Part shown: positions 13,073-25,049 of the stretch, one piece after another
How the letters are laid out: each line of letters starts with the position of its first letter
Position numbering within the stretch: the stretch's first letter is position 1
DNA from: Malacoraja senta
Taxonomy: Eukaryota
Reading direction: 5' to 3'
Assembly (NCBI GenBank): GCA_038087875.1
Contig: CM075996.1
Location: forward strand, 3,598,001-3,662,000
DNA length: 64,000 bases
The notes under the pieces: generated by a model
Told to the model about the DNA's origin: nothing
Databases searched by the model: none
What the model saw: only the letters and a program-made list of their open reading frames with translations
Made by a program: the position numbers and the translations under genes

Positions 13073-13676
13073 AGGTCCTGTCCCACTTAGGCAATTTTTC
13101 AGGCCACTACAGGCGACTAGGCTGTCGCCATATGGTCGCCAGAATGTCACCTGTATGGTGGTGAGTAGTCTCCTCAGTCGCCCAAAGAGTCGTAGCATTT
13201 TTCTGATCACCGCTGGATTTTGAAATTAAGTCGGTGACAGTGGGCTTGACGCCAATGAGCGTAGCTTGATTTCTCCTGACGTAGGTGCTGTCGTAGGCTG
13301 TCGCCAGGTGAGGTAGGTTGTCGCCGGTGCTGACTTCGGTGAATTCCATTGGCGACTACCTACGTCAACCTACGTCAACCGGCGACAGATACCAGCGACT
13401 GAATTGTCTTAAGTTGTCTTCAGTTGTCGCCGACAGGGTCGTAGTTTGTCATTGCTTGTCGCGGGTGGACGTAGGTGTGGTCGTAGGTGGACGTCCTAAT
13501 GGGTCGCCGGTTGTCGGTAGCTTGCCGTAGCTTGACGTCGACTAGGTGGTAGGCTGTTGTAGCATGTCGTAGACATTATCGTAGGGGGGGTCCAGTCGCC
13601 GGGTTTTTGGTGACCTCTTATAGCTATGACAGTCGCCGGCAGTCGCCGAAACAATCGCCTAAGTGGGACAGGCCCT
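13073..13676. mobile_element. PIF/Harbinger-type MITE
   Basis: TIRs AGGTCCTGTCCCACTTAGGC / GCCTAAGTGGGACAGGCCCT, TAA on both sides, CpG-rich interior with GTCGCC repeats. Confidence 0.8.
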
Positions 13677-13902
13677 TAAGTCGAGGATCACCTTACCAGC
13701 AGCGTAGTGGGTCTACCTTCATGAGAAGGTCTGCAACAGTTCAAGAAGACAGTCATTTACCACATTCTCAATGGTGATTAGGGATGGGCAAGGAGTGGTG
13801 CCTTGCTAATGATGTTCGGATTCCAAATATGAATTTGAAGCTGAATCCATTTCTGTAGTTTTCTTTTCATATCTTCTGGGAGATTTAGTGATCATTTTAG
13901 AA

Positions 13903-14747
13903 CAGGGGTGGGGAACCTGCGGCCTTCGAGGCCATTAAGTGCGGCCTTTTGAAAGAATCTAAATTTTGTAGAACAAATCCTTTTATTTTTATTTTATTAA
14001 TATGTTTTAGTTTGTATTTTATTATTTTTTATTTTAATCTTAAATTGAACGTATTAAAATACCAACGAGTGAAAGAAGATTCAATGAAATAATCCTCCCC
14101 GACTGACGGCCACAATTAAAACATTAGTAAGACATGAAGGCTATTTTAACACCTGTTATACTCATGATTTAGTTCTTTTTAAAAAAATATTTTAATTTTA
14201 TTAGAAGTAAGTACAATTGTATACAATCATATTTTCATAATACATTTTATGTACAGCTTCTTATTTTTTTATTATAGTAAAGAGGAAAAAGAAAAAGAAA
14301 TTAGATGATAAAGTATAGAAAAACGTGAGATATATAGTGTGTGGTGAAGAAAAATAGAGAATCAAAGAAGAAAGTTAAAGAGTAGAAAATAGGGAAAAAG
14401 AGAGTAAAAGAAAAAAGGAAGAAAAAGAAAAAAGCAGTAAGGAGATCTTATTTATAACCTTGAACATCCCTCGCCCAGTCACGAGACAGTTAGCTTTAGT
14501 TCTAATGCGATTCAAGAATGTACGTTAAACTCCCACAAAAAGCAGTCACAACAAAGTCATTAAAGGTTAGTTAACTTTAGAATTAACACATTTTTTTGAT
14601 TTTCTTGAGGATAGTACATAGTAGTTCGATTTTTACTAAATAATGTACAATTTGAAGTATATCTAATTGAAGTTTCTTGGATGCGGCCTTATTAGATTAC
14701 AGATAACTTAATGCGGCCTTCCAACATGAAAAGGTTCCCCACCCCTG
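13903..14747. mobile_element. Non-autonomous hAT (Charlie-like) DNA transposon
   Basis: 15-bp TIR CAGGGGTGGGGAACC / GGTTCCCCACCCCTG with perfect 8-bp TSD TTTTAGAA; contains an L1 3' UTR insertion (about 14178-14500). Confidence 0.9.
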
Positions 14748-15309
14748 TTTTAGAACATAGAAAAGTGTGGTGCAGGACTACAATGCCTTTGCTGAACATG
14801 ATACCAAGATAAACTAACAATTTTTGGGTTAGCCCACAAGTCCATAGACTGTAGAGTCATCAGTGGTTTGCTGTGTGCCACCAGATACCTGAACAAGCGC
14901 TGTGGCCCAGCTCTCTATGGGAGATTACCTGTGAAAAAGATTAATGTGCTCAAAGGTTGAAGGCGTATAACATTCCCACCAATTCCTGTGAATCTCTGGG
15001 CTATGACTGCTCAAAAGTGGAGAAGGATCATTTGGGATTTTATTGAGAACCTCGTGGCCACGCATTGGGAGCACCCAAGGGACCTTAGGTTAGTGGCAAG
15101 AAGAACCCACCACCAAGCAAGCAAGCCACTAACCAACCAACCAACCCATGTCAGCAGCGTTTGTCTGCATCTGGGGAGGAACCTGCAGTTCCATCATTGG
15201 CTTCATTAGAAACCACCAAACCACAGCAAGTCACCCTCAGTCCAGAGGGACAGCCTCAGAAGAACCGTAGGAAGAATAAGGAAGTTTAATATCCTGGGCC
15301 AGAGATTAA

Positions 15310-15620
15310 TAGTTTAGTTGAGTTTTGAGATATAGCGCCGAAACAGGCCTTTTGGCCCACTGAGTCTGCGCCCACCAGCGATCTCCGTTACACCAGCACA
15401 CACTACACACTAGGGACAATTTACATTGTTTACCGGACAATTAACTGACCAATCTGTAAATCTTTGGAGTGTGGGAGGAAATCGGAGCACCCGGGGAAAA
15501 CCCACGCAGTCAAGGGGAGAACAGACATACTCCCTACAGACAGCGCCCGTAGTCAGGATCGAACCCGGGTCTCTGGCGCTGTGAGGCAGCAACTCTACCG
15601 TTGCACCACGGTGCCACCCC
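15310..15620 (-). mobile_element. V-SINE (HE1-like)
   Basis: Full head, V-domain and tail on the minus strand. Confidence 0.85.
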
Positions 15621-17204
15621 AGGAGACTGAGCCGAGAGTCTTCGGTTTGCTACAGTCAGGAATCCTTGGTGTGTGGGATGTACCAGACACTCAGCTAGCA
15701 TCAGTGGAACAAGAAGCAGCTGATGTTCTGACGAAGCGTCTCAGACCTGAAATTTTAATTATGTCTCCTTCCACAGATGCTGCCTGACCTGCTGAGTGTT
15801 TTTGCGACATTTTCTGTTCTTCATTATCTGAGGGGAACTTGCCCTGTTTATTGCTAGCTTGAAGTGAGGATCAACTTGACCTAAATTCGTGACACCTCAG
15901 TCACGGTCTCCATCTATTAATTATGCCCTGTGGTTCATTCTATTGATTCCCAGTTGTCACCTCATTTATTCTACTATTGTGTTCTAACTACTTACCTTGC
16001 AATTTTGACCTCTGCAATGGAATGATGTGAAAAGAGTCAGAATCATTGTCATCTTGTACAAGCGCTGAGATGTCCAATATTAACTTAGTCATAAAGTACA
16101 AGGCAGAGGTCATGGACAATTTATTAGTTGCTGTTTGACACAAGCTCTTGAATATTACAATATAGGAATAATTAATCAGTGTAAATATTTATACAGCAAA
16201 AAAACAGGAGCATTTGCCGCTTTTCCCTTGTTGCTCTTTATTTCATCTTTCATAATGTCCGCACTTCTTTTAGCAGCTTTAATTACCTTCCATGATGTCT
16301 GTGGCCGTGTCGATATTATTTTCTTGAGCTTGCTTCGTGATGCATTCAGCAATAAATACTCCAGTGTGCTACTCTCTGTGGCCAAGTGTAGCTGTCTAAT
16401 AGAGCAATAATTAAGGGGAAGTCAGTGATCATATTTTAAGTATTTCTCTTGCCTTGTGTTCTGAAGGAATCATACCCATTCATTGTGTAATCATAGTTAT
16501 TAATATTCATGGGCATTATCATCCATTTACCAGAACTGAATACCATATGTCACTAATTTGCTCAGGCACAAATTTAAAAATACATTTGAAGGTTGTTCAA
16601 TGCCTTGTCTTTCCGTCCATTCATTATTATCGGCACTCTGCTTAAAAATCAGCTCTCAAGGTCATTAATAAACTTTGTGAATAGCGAGCGCTGTTGGCCT
16701 GATCCCTGCAGATTCACCAGCCACCGTTCCCCGGTGCCAATAATTACCACTGATCACTCCCTGCTCTTTTTTATTGGGAAGCCAATTTTCTGTCCGAATG
16801 GTGATTTCTTTCCTTTCTACCGCGAGCATTAATTTTCAACATGCCTTTTGTGAGGATGCAGAAAACCCCGTATTAGAGTCAAAATGCGTCATATCGACAA
16901 TGTTATCATCATCCTTTCATGTAGCCACTTCTATTCCAGGCATGACTTTCACTCCCTTCAACCATGTTCGATTTCCTTCTTTTATCTTTAGTCGTTGTTC
17001 AGCCCTTCTCACCTCCCACTCCAAGCCACTGGGACTGGTCATTGCTTCTTGGAATGCAGACAAATCTCTAGTGTTGCTGTTCAAGACAGACAGGAGAAAA
17101 TAAACCCAGAACCCTAACTCAGTCTTCCAGATGCTGGTGTGTGGGAAATTGCTAAGCCGTTTACAAAGGACACTACAAAAGCATAGTGTGTTTAGGCAAA
17201 GGGG

Positions 17205-17375
17205 ATAGACACAAAATGCTGGAGTAACTCAGCGGAACAGGCAGCATCTCTGGAGAGGAGGAATGGGTGACGTTTTGGGTCGAGACCCTTCTACAGACCC
17301 GAAACGTCGACCGTTCCTTCTCTCCAGCGATACTGCCTGTCCCACTGAGTTATTCCAGCATTTTGTGTCTATCTG
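17205..17375. mobile_element. Penelope pLTR-derived fold-back element
   Basis: Inverted arms ATAGACACAAAATGCTGGAGTAACTCAGC... / ...CTGAGTTATTCCAGCATTTTGTGTCTAT. Confidence 0.7.
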
Positions 17376-18127
17376 TGCCAGCTAATCCCATGCTGCAAGG
17401 AGTCTAGGTGCAACAAGGAATCTCAATATTCCAGTGATAGAAAGTCATCAATTTCTGCCTTGGTCACCACGGTGAGGCTTGTGTAGGGCCAAAATTTGTG
17501 TGGTGTAACAAATATGACATAGGCTAACATGAGTTTGGACACATAGAAAGGCTATTTTCAGGTTAGCAGTTTGTAACTAGAGGGGTGCCAGAGAGAAGAG
17601 TGTTGGGCCTCACAAATGCTCAATCCTCGGCACTGAATTACACAAAGGAGCCAATGCAACCCATCCAAGTTATTTCTCCAATGACACAAAGGTTGTGGTT
17701 CTGGTTGATTACTGCGCAAACACCTCATCAGTGGTTATCCCGCGCAGGTCGGAGTGAGTAGAGTAGCGATTAAATTTTGAAGTGGGCCTTTTTGACCAAG
17801 TTGAGGAGATCCAGGTTCTCAATCCCCTTTTTAAATAACTTAACATCGGGAGCAGTACGCGTGTTCTAAGGTGAATAAAGGGGGCTCTGAAGGCAGTGGA
17901 CAAGACAGAGGAAGATGGAATGTAATCTAAGAAAATGTGAGGTTGCTCACTTTACCATGAAGAAATTAAAACACGATAGTTTTTAAGCAGATAACAATAA
18001 CTTACCGAATCATTAACTTACCGAATCACAAAGTTTCTATGCAGGCACAATGAGCGATTAGAAAGCAAGAGATACCATAAGACTTAGGAGTAGAATTAAG
18101 CCATTCAGCCCATCAAATCTGCTCTGC

Positions 18128-18403
18128 TTTAAGAATAAGGAGTAAGCCATTTAGAACGGAGACGAGGAAACACTTTTTCTCACAGAGAGGGGTGAGTCTG
18201 TGGAATTCTCCCCCTCAGAGGGCGGTGGAGGCAGGTTCTCTGGATGCTTTCAAGAGAGAGCTAGATAGGGCTCTTAAAAATAGCGGAGTCAGGGGATATG
18301 GGGAGAAGGCAGGAACGGGGTAATGATTGGGGATGATCAGCCATGATCACGTGCTGGCTCGAAGGGCCGAATGGCCTATTCCTGCACCTATTGTCTATTG
18401 TCT
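18128..18403 (+). mobile_element. CR1 LINE 3' fragment, subfamily A
   Basis: Nearly identical to the 1028 and 39417 copies; (CTATTGT)n tail. Confidence 0.88.
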
Positions 18404-19249
18404 GTCAGTCGATCATGGTTGATCTGTTTTTCCCTCTCAACCCCATTCTCCTGCCTTCTCCCTGTAACCTTTGACACCCTTACTAATATCTGTGCAATGC
18501 GAATGGCTCGATTGTAATCACGTACTGTCTTTCCGCTGGCTGGTCAGCAGGCAGCAACAGCTTTTCACGGTACCCGTGATAATGAACCAAACTTATACCA
18601 AAGTGAAATACCCAATGTCTTGGCCTCCTCAGCCACCTGTGGCGATGAATTACACGGATATACCACCCACTGCCTAAAGACGTTTCTCCTGTTTATATCA
18701 CACCATTCCCTTTATTGCAAGCAGTCTGTAGTACAACAGTAAGGAGGTTTTGCAAGGACATTGCGTAAGGCTTTAGTGAGATCACACCTGGATATTGGAC
18801 ATTTTTCTGGCCTCCTTATCTCCAGAGAAATACACATATCTCGGAGATAATGCAATAATGGATTACTAGAAAAATTCATGGGAAGGCAACCTTGTGCAAA
18901 AGGTTGCAATGAATGATCTTTACCTTCTGGAGTTCAGAGAAATGAGAGGCGACCTTATTGAAATATAAAATATTCTGAAGGGGGCTCGGCAGGAGTGGTT
19001 AAGTGGTTGTTAGTGTTAGCAGGTATGGTCTCATTATGGAGAGTGAAGGTTAAAAGGGATTTCTTCATCCAGAGGATTCGGAATCGTTTACTCAGAGAAC
19101 CAGGATGCTTAGTCAATGAATAAATTGAAGGTGGATAGACACAATGATACAGCATGGAAATCTGCCCTTCGGCCCACTGACTCTGTGCCAGCCAGCGATC
19201 TCCGCACATTAACACTACCTTACACACACACGGGCCAATTTTTACATTT

Positions 19250-19500
19250 GTGTTTAAGAAGGAACTGCAGATGCTGGAAAATTGAAGGTGGGCAAAAGTG
19301 CTGGAGAAACTCAGCGGGTGCAGCAGCATCTATGGAACGAAGGAGATAGGTAACGTTTCGGGCCGAAACCCTTCTTCAGACATGTGTCTCCAGTGATCTT
19401 CAGTGTCTGAAGAAGGGTTTCAGCCCGAAACGTTGCTTAGTTCCTTCGCTCCATAGATGCTGCCGCACCCGCTGAGTTTCTCCAGCACTTTTGTCTACCT
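19250..19500. mobile_element. Penelope-derived fold-back insertion with two opposed hammerhead-like motifs, inside a V-SINE
   Basis: 15-bp TSD CCAATTTTTACATTT (19235-19249 and 19501-19515); motifs at 19352-19379 (-) and 19407-19435 (+). Confidence 0.8.
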
Positions 19501-20244
19501 CCAATTTTTACATTTATACCATGCCAATTTGTGGAGTGTGGGAGGTAACCAAAGCTCTCGGAGAAAACCCACGCAGGTCACAGGGAGATCGTACAAACTC
19601 CGTACAGACATGCACCCGTAGTCAGGATCCAACCCGGGTCCCTGACGCTGTGAGGCATTAGCTCTACCGCTGCGCCACCGTGCCGCCCAATGTAGGAGGA
19701 AACACGAGCACCTGGTGGAAACCCACGCAGTCACAGCGAGAACGTACAAACTCCACACAGGCAGGTCAGGATTGAACAAGGAGTTGTGGGGCAGTAGCTC
19801 TACTGGCTATTTAATACAACCAATTGTGCAGATACAGAGGATGAGCTGGCTAAAGTAGATTGAGAAATTAGATTAAAGGATTTGTCACATAAGCTGTGTT
19901 AAATATTTAACTGCTGCACCACCGTACCACTCAAATATAAATATAAATACAAATAGAAGCAGTTATTTATATGCAGCTATTTTATTTGCAAGGCATTAAC
20001 TGATTTGGATGGCTCAATCTTCTTTTAGTTGGCCCATAATCTTTGGTGAAGCCTTCTTGGTAATTAACAGTGGATTTCTTTGTAGTGGATTCTGTTGGTT
20101 TTTTATATTTCTCTATGGCTGATGTGTGGGAGAACAGTTCAGTGATACCGGAGACTTTTGTTCTCGTAATTAGGTGCCACATTTGCAAAGCCAGCCAGGT
20201 CTACAAGATCTCACCCTGGTGCCAACAGATGGAGCTTCACTGCT

Positions 20245-20552
20245 TTGGTTTAGAGATACAGCACAGAAACAGGCCCTTCGGCCCACCTAGTCCGCACCGA
20301 CCAGCGATACCCGCGCATCAACACTATCCTGCACACACTAGGGACAATTTTACATTGACACCAAGCCAATTAGCTAGCGTACAAGCCTGTACGCCTTTGG
20401 AGAGTGGGAGGAAACCGGAGCACCCAGGGAAAACCCACGCACGTCACAGGGAGAATGTACAAACTCCGTAAAGACAGCAACCGTGGTCAGGATCAAAACT
20501 GGGTCTCTGGCGCTGTGAGTCAGCAACTCTACCGCTGTGTCCACCGAGCCGC
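20245..20552 (-). mobile_element. V-SINE (HE1-like)
   Basis: Head, V-domain and tail recognisable on the minus strand. Confidence 0.82.
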
Positions 20553-20887
20553 CGGCTTATTTGTGAATTCTCAGCCCCCTCTTTCAGACGTGAATTTAAT
20601 TTTCTAATAATCGATTTTGTTTGTCATTATTTTGAGGTATGTCTCAAATGGTGAGTTTGGCATCAGCAGGATTTAATCAATGCCTCTTCCGTAACCTTCT
20701 GTGCCATCAATCTGTTTCCTCCAACCTCTGACACCTTCCATTTTCATTTCGACTGTGGCAGTGGTTAAAAAATACCCAATAACATTCTTCATAGTTTCCC
20801 TGAAGGCATCCCTACTTATTCCCCTCTCCTTGGCCAATTGTCACAATAGTTGCAGGCTTTTTCTGTGTGGATCCAAGGGCGGCACAG

Positions 20888-21093
20888 ATAGAGTGCAGGA
20901 GTAGGCCATTTGGCCCTTCGAGCCAGCACCGCCATACAATGTGATCATGGCTGATCATCTCCAATCAGTACCCCGTTCCTGCCTTCTCCCCATATCCCCT
21001 GACTCCGCTATTATTAAGAGCCCTACCTAGCTCTCTCTTGAAAGCATCCAGAGAACCTGCCTCCACCGCCCTCTGAGGCAGAGAATTCCACAG
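20888..21093 (-). mobile_element. CR1 3' end, subfamily A
   Basis: Same sequence as about 1030-1235. Confidence 0.85.
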
Positions 21094-21641
21094 AGGTTAG
21101 ATCCTGAATACGGGTGCTGTCTGTACGGAGTTTGTATGCTCTCCCCGTGACCTGCATCCGTTTTCTCCAGGTGCTCCCACAATCCAAAGGCATACAGGTT
21201 TGTAGGTTGATTGGCTTTGGCTAAAAAAAAATTGTAAATTGTTCCTAGTGTGTGTAGGATAATGCTAGTGTGATCGCTGGTCGGCGAGGTCTCGGTGGAC
21301 CAAAGGGCCTGTTTCTACGCTGCATTTCTAAACTAACCCTTGGGAGCTTTAATAATTGGATAATCCTAAAGTTGTTCACGGTGCCTCTTCGACTTGCTTC
21401 GGTTGTGTTAAACCAGAGGTACGGACGACGTGAACCTCCAAATTCCCAGCCGCATCTTGCCCTACCTACCACATTACTCCTGAAGACAGTCTAGTTGCTA
21501 TGGCGATTTCCACTTGCACTGTATTTTCCAACGCACGGCCTTTAACTCTTTCCCTTTGAAGTCTGGTGTGCTCGCGTTATTATTGCTTGTGATTATCTCT
21601 GTTATTGTCCAAAACCCTACTTTGTACCAGTGTGAGTGTTA

Positions 21642-22040
21642 TTAGAAACATAGAAACATAGAAAATAGGTGCAGGAGGAGGCCATTCGGCCCTTCGAGCC
21701 AGCACCGCCATTCATTGTGATCTTGGCTGATCGTCCCCTATCAATAACCCGTGCCTGCCTTCTCCCCATATCCCTTGACTCCACCAGCCCCTAGAGCTCT
21801 ATCTAACTCTCTCTGAAATCCATCCAGTGACTTGGCCTCCACTGCCTTCTGTGGCAGGGAATTCCACAAATTCACAACTCTCTGGGTGAAAACGTTTTTT
21901 CTCAACTCAGTCTTAAATGACCTCCCCTTTATTCTAAGACTGTGGCCCCTGGTTCTGGACTCACCCAACATTGGGAACATTTTTCCTGCATCTAGCTTGT
22001 CCAGTCCTTTTATAATTTTATATGTTACTATAAGTTTCTA
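21642..22040 (-). mobile_element. CR1 LINE 3' fragment, subfamily B
   Basis: MFPMLGESRTRGHSLRIKGRSFKTELRKNVFTQRVVNLWNSLP; (TTTCTATG)n tail. Confidence 0.9.
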
Positions 22041-22511
22041 TAGGGGCATAATTTGGGCGTAATTTGTTACTAAATTGTTGGTGGCCTGTTCCATGGGGTC
22101 TGGTCACATGTTTTTGAGACGTCTTCAATTATTTCCATGACTTTGTCAGTTCTCTTCCAACTCCCTCTGGTTACACAGTTCAATGGTTCTTCAAGGTCAT
22201 CTATGCACAACACAGTGAAATTCCTTTGCACAAATCACAAATGCACACAGTCGCCATATTTTGGCTCCGTTTACAAAGAAAAAGCCCAACGTCCACATGC
22301 TGGAACTACTGGAATATGCCGACCCAAATACTGGAGTATCCCGACCCATAGGGTTCCAGGGTGAATCGTCACCTCTCCATGTTCTCCAGAGTTTATATTG
22401 CCTGACCCGCTGAGTTACTCCAGCACTTTGTCTCCGTTTTCCCCCTTGATTATCGGTGCCGAACTCCTGCTTCCCAGCTTCATTAGAAATGTGGTTCGAG
22501 TCACTGCTCAA

Positions 22512-22827
22512 ACCCCTGTCCCACGGTATGAGTTCATTCCAAGAGTTCTCCCGAGTTTGCCCTGAAATCGAACTCGGAGATTTACGGTAATGGCCGCTCG
22601 TCGGTACTCGGGGCTCTCGTGGACATTTTTCATCAGGTTGAAAAATCTTCACGAGTCTTCCCGTGCTTACCTGCCGTTAGCGAGCCTTCCCGAGTACCTG
22701 CCGTTAGCGCCAAGAGACGTCCCCGAGCTCCGACGTACCCGCTACGTTCATTCTCCGTGCTTACCACGAGTTTGATTTTTTTTTTAACTCGGGAGAGCTC
22801 TTGGAATGAACTCGTACCGCGGGACAG
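22512..22827. mobile_element. PIF/Harbinger-type MITE
   Basis: Long imperfect inverted arms CTGTCCCACGGTATGAGTTCATTCCAAGAG / CTCTTGGAATGAACTCGTACCGCGGGACAG; an internal fragment recurs at 23881-23998. Confidence 0.75.
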
Positions 22828-22834
22828 AGATATC

Positions 22835-23135
22835 AGTTTAATTTAGTTTAGGGACACCAGGTCCACACCGACCAGCGATCCCCGCGCACTAACACTATCC
22901 TACACACGCTAGGGACAATTTCCATTTACACCAAGCCGGGTAACCTACAATCCTGTACGTCTTTGCAGTGTGGGAGGAAACCTAAGATCTCGGAGAAAAC
23001 CTACGCGGTCACGGGGAGAACTGTTACCACACAACGAACTCCGATCAGATAGCACCAGTAGTCAGGATCGAACCCGGGTCTCTGGCGCTGTAAGCGCTGT
23101 AGGGCAGCAACTCTACCGCTGCACCACTGTGCCGA
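22835..23135 (-). mobile_element. V-SINE (HE1-like)
   Basis: Head with duplicated TACAGCGC variant, V-domain, tail. Confidence 0.8.
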
Positions 23136-23469
23136 ACTTGGCATCCCCTCTCTCATTCTCCCCCGCGCCCCACTTTCTCTCTCCCTGCCCCATTTGCTGC
23201 ATTTCTCAGTCGACAGTTTATTGCCACAGTCTGGCTGTTCATCTCCAAACCTTTGACCCTCGTCCAGTGAACCCGAAAATAAATGCATGACTGCTCACAA
23301 TAACTCCCAATCGCAGAGGCTCAAAATGTGTGTCCTGTCTCCTGCTGAAATACAGCAGCCTTTAAAATGGAGCACTTAACATCGCCAACTCTGCGTCCAA
23401 GTGCTCACTGCAGCCTTGCATAGCCGTGCCTTGCCTTTTTATTCTTACAAAAATAGCATACCCGACAAA

Positions 23470-23857
23470 ACCTACCTGATCTCCCGGTTGATGAACGCTA
23501 TAACTCCCCCTCCCATTCCCACACTGACCTTTCTCTCCTGGGCCTCCTCCACTGTCAGAGTGAGGCCCAGCGCAAACTGGAGGAAAAGCACCTCATAATT
23601 CGCTTGTTTAAGAAGGAACTGCAGATGCTGGAAAATCGAAGGTAGACAAAAGTGCTGGAGAAACTCAGCGGGTGAGGCAGCGTCTATGGAGCGAAGGAAA
23701 TAGGCAACGTTTCGGGCCGAAACGTTGCCTATTTCCTTCGCTCCATAGATGCTGCCGCACCCGCTGAGTTTCACCAGCACTATTGTCTACCTTCATAATT
23801 CGCCTGGGCAGCTTACACCCCAGCGGTATGAATATTGACTTCTCGAACTTCAAGTAA
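23470..23857 (+). mobile_element. Penelope-like element remnant (C-terminus of GIY-YIG endonuclease), split by a fold-back insertion
   Basis: Reads DLPVDERYNSPSHSHTDLSLLGLLHCQSEAQRKLEEKHLIIR | LGSLHPSGMNIDFSNFK*; insert 23604-23792 has 11-bp TSD TCATAATTCGC. Confidence 0.8.
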
Positions 23858-24046
23858 CCCTCGCTTTTCCTCTCCCACCATCTCTCGTGGACATTTTTCA
23901 TCATGTTGAAAAATCTTCACGAGTCTTCCCGTGCTTACCTGCCGTTAGCGAGTCTTCCCGAGTACCTGCCGTTAGCGCTAAGAGACGTCCCCGAGCTTCA
24001 GTTTGAAGAAGAGACCCGACCCAAAACGTCCATGTCTGTATCCTCC

Positions 24047-24434
24047 AAAACGTACAAAATTCTTAAGGGGTTTGGACAGGCTAGATGCAGGAAGATTGTT
24101 CCCGATGTTGGGGAAGTCCAGAACAAGGGGTCACAGTTTAAGGATAAGGGGGAAGTCTTTTAGGACCGAGATGAGAATTTTTTTTTTTCACACAGAGAGT
24201 GGTGAGTCTGTGGAATTCTCTGCCACAGAAGGTAGTTGAGGCCAGTTCATTGGCTACATTTAAGAGGGAGTTAGATGTGGCCCTTGTGGCTAAAGGGATC
24301 AGGGGGTATGGAGAGAAGGCAGGTACAGGATACTGAGTTGGATGATCAGCCATGATCATATTGAATGGCGGTGCAGGCTCGAAGGGCCGAATGGCCTACT
24401 CCTGCACCTATTTTCTATGTTTCTATGTTTCTAC
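24047..24434 (+). mobile_element. CR1 LINE 3' fragment, subfamily C
   Basis: GLDRLDAGRLFPMLGKSRTRGHSLRIRGKSFRTEMR; (TTTCTATG)n tail. Confidence 0.9.
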
Positions 24435-25049
24435 GTTTCTCCCCTTTCCCAGTTCTCCGACCAGTCTGACTGTCTTCTGTTTGCTTTGTTGTCACCTTCT
24501 CCGAGCTAACAATGATCGATTCTACATTTTCCTTGAACTGTATCTCTTTAGATCCCCCTACACTTCCTTCTCTCTGTATCTCCCTCTCCCCTGGCGCTCA
24601 GTCTGAAGAACGGTCTCGACCGGAAATGTCAGCCATTCCTTCGATCCAGAGATGCTGCCTGAGTTACTCCAGCATTATGTGTCTATATTTGGTGTAAACC
24701 AGCATCTGCAGTTCCTTCCTCCACAAAAGGTTGTGTACAATCCAAATGCACACAATTTAAAAACCTAAGGGAGAATTTGCATTTATTACTACTATCTCTT
24801 CTACCTCCACTAAATTCAGTTTGAGGAAAAGTCCCGACCCAAAACGTCCATGTCTAATATCCTCCAGAGATGCTGCCTGACCTGCTGAGTTACTCCAGCA
24901 CTCTAGGTCTTATTCAAGATTCTCTAATCCAGAGCTCTTTATCTCTCAGCAAGACTAAATCCTCTCACTGGGAGCAATGTGTTGTGAAAGATTAGTCACT
25001 GAGTTACAATCACACAGACTGTTGTGACAGTGCAGTGTGTTTGACCCAT

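Larger units (their letters stand above)
10720..13840 (+). mobile_element. Old CR1-group LINE broken up by younger insertions
   Basis: Collinear decayed ORF2 pieces: LGVSFDQ..RAGQRVGVL (about 11870), TIYKA (about 11985), RRTVAAMSTIYKLHS..HLPNP (about 12887), LQQFKK plus 3' tail (about 13730-13830). Interrupted by CR1, V-SINE, an L1 tail and a MITE. Confidence 0.55.

Noticed and set aside
16135..16410. 91-aa hydrophobic ORF as a membrane microprotein
   Set aside because: Non-ATG start, no recognisable homology or splice support; hydrophobicity follows from T-rich DNA.
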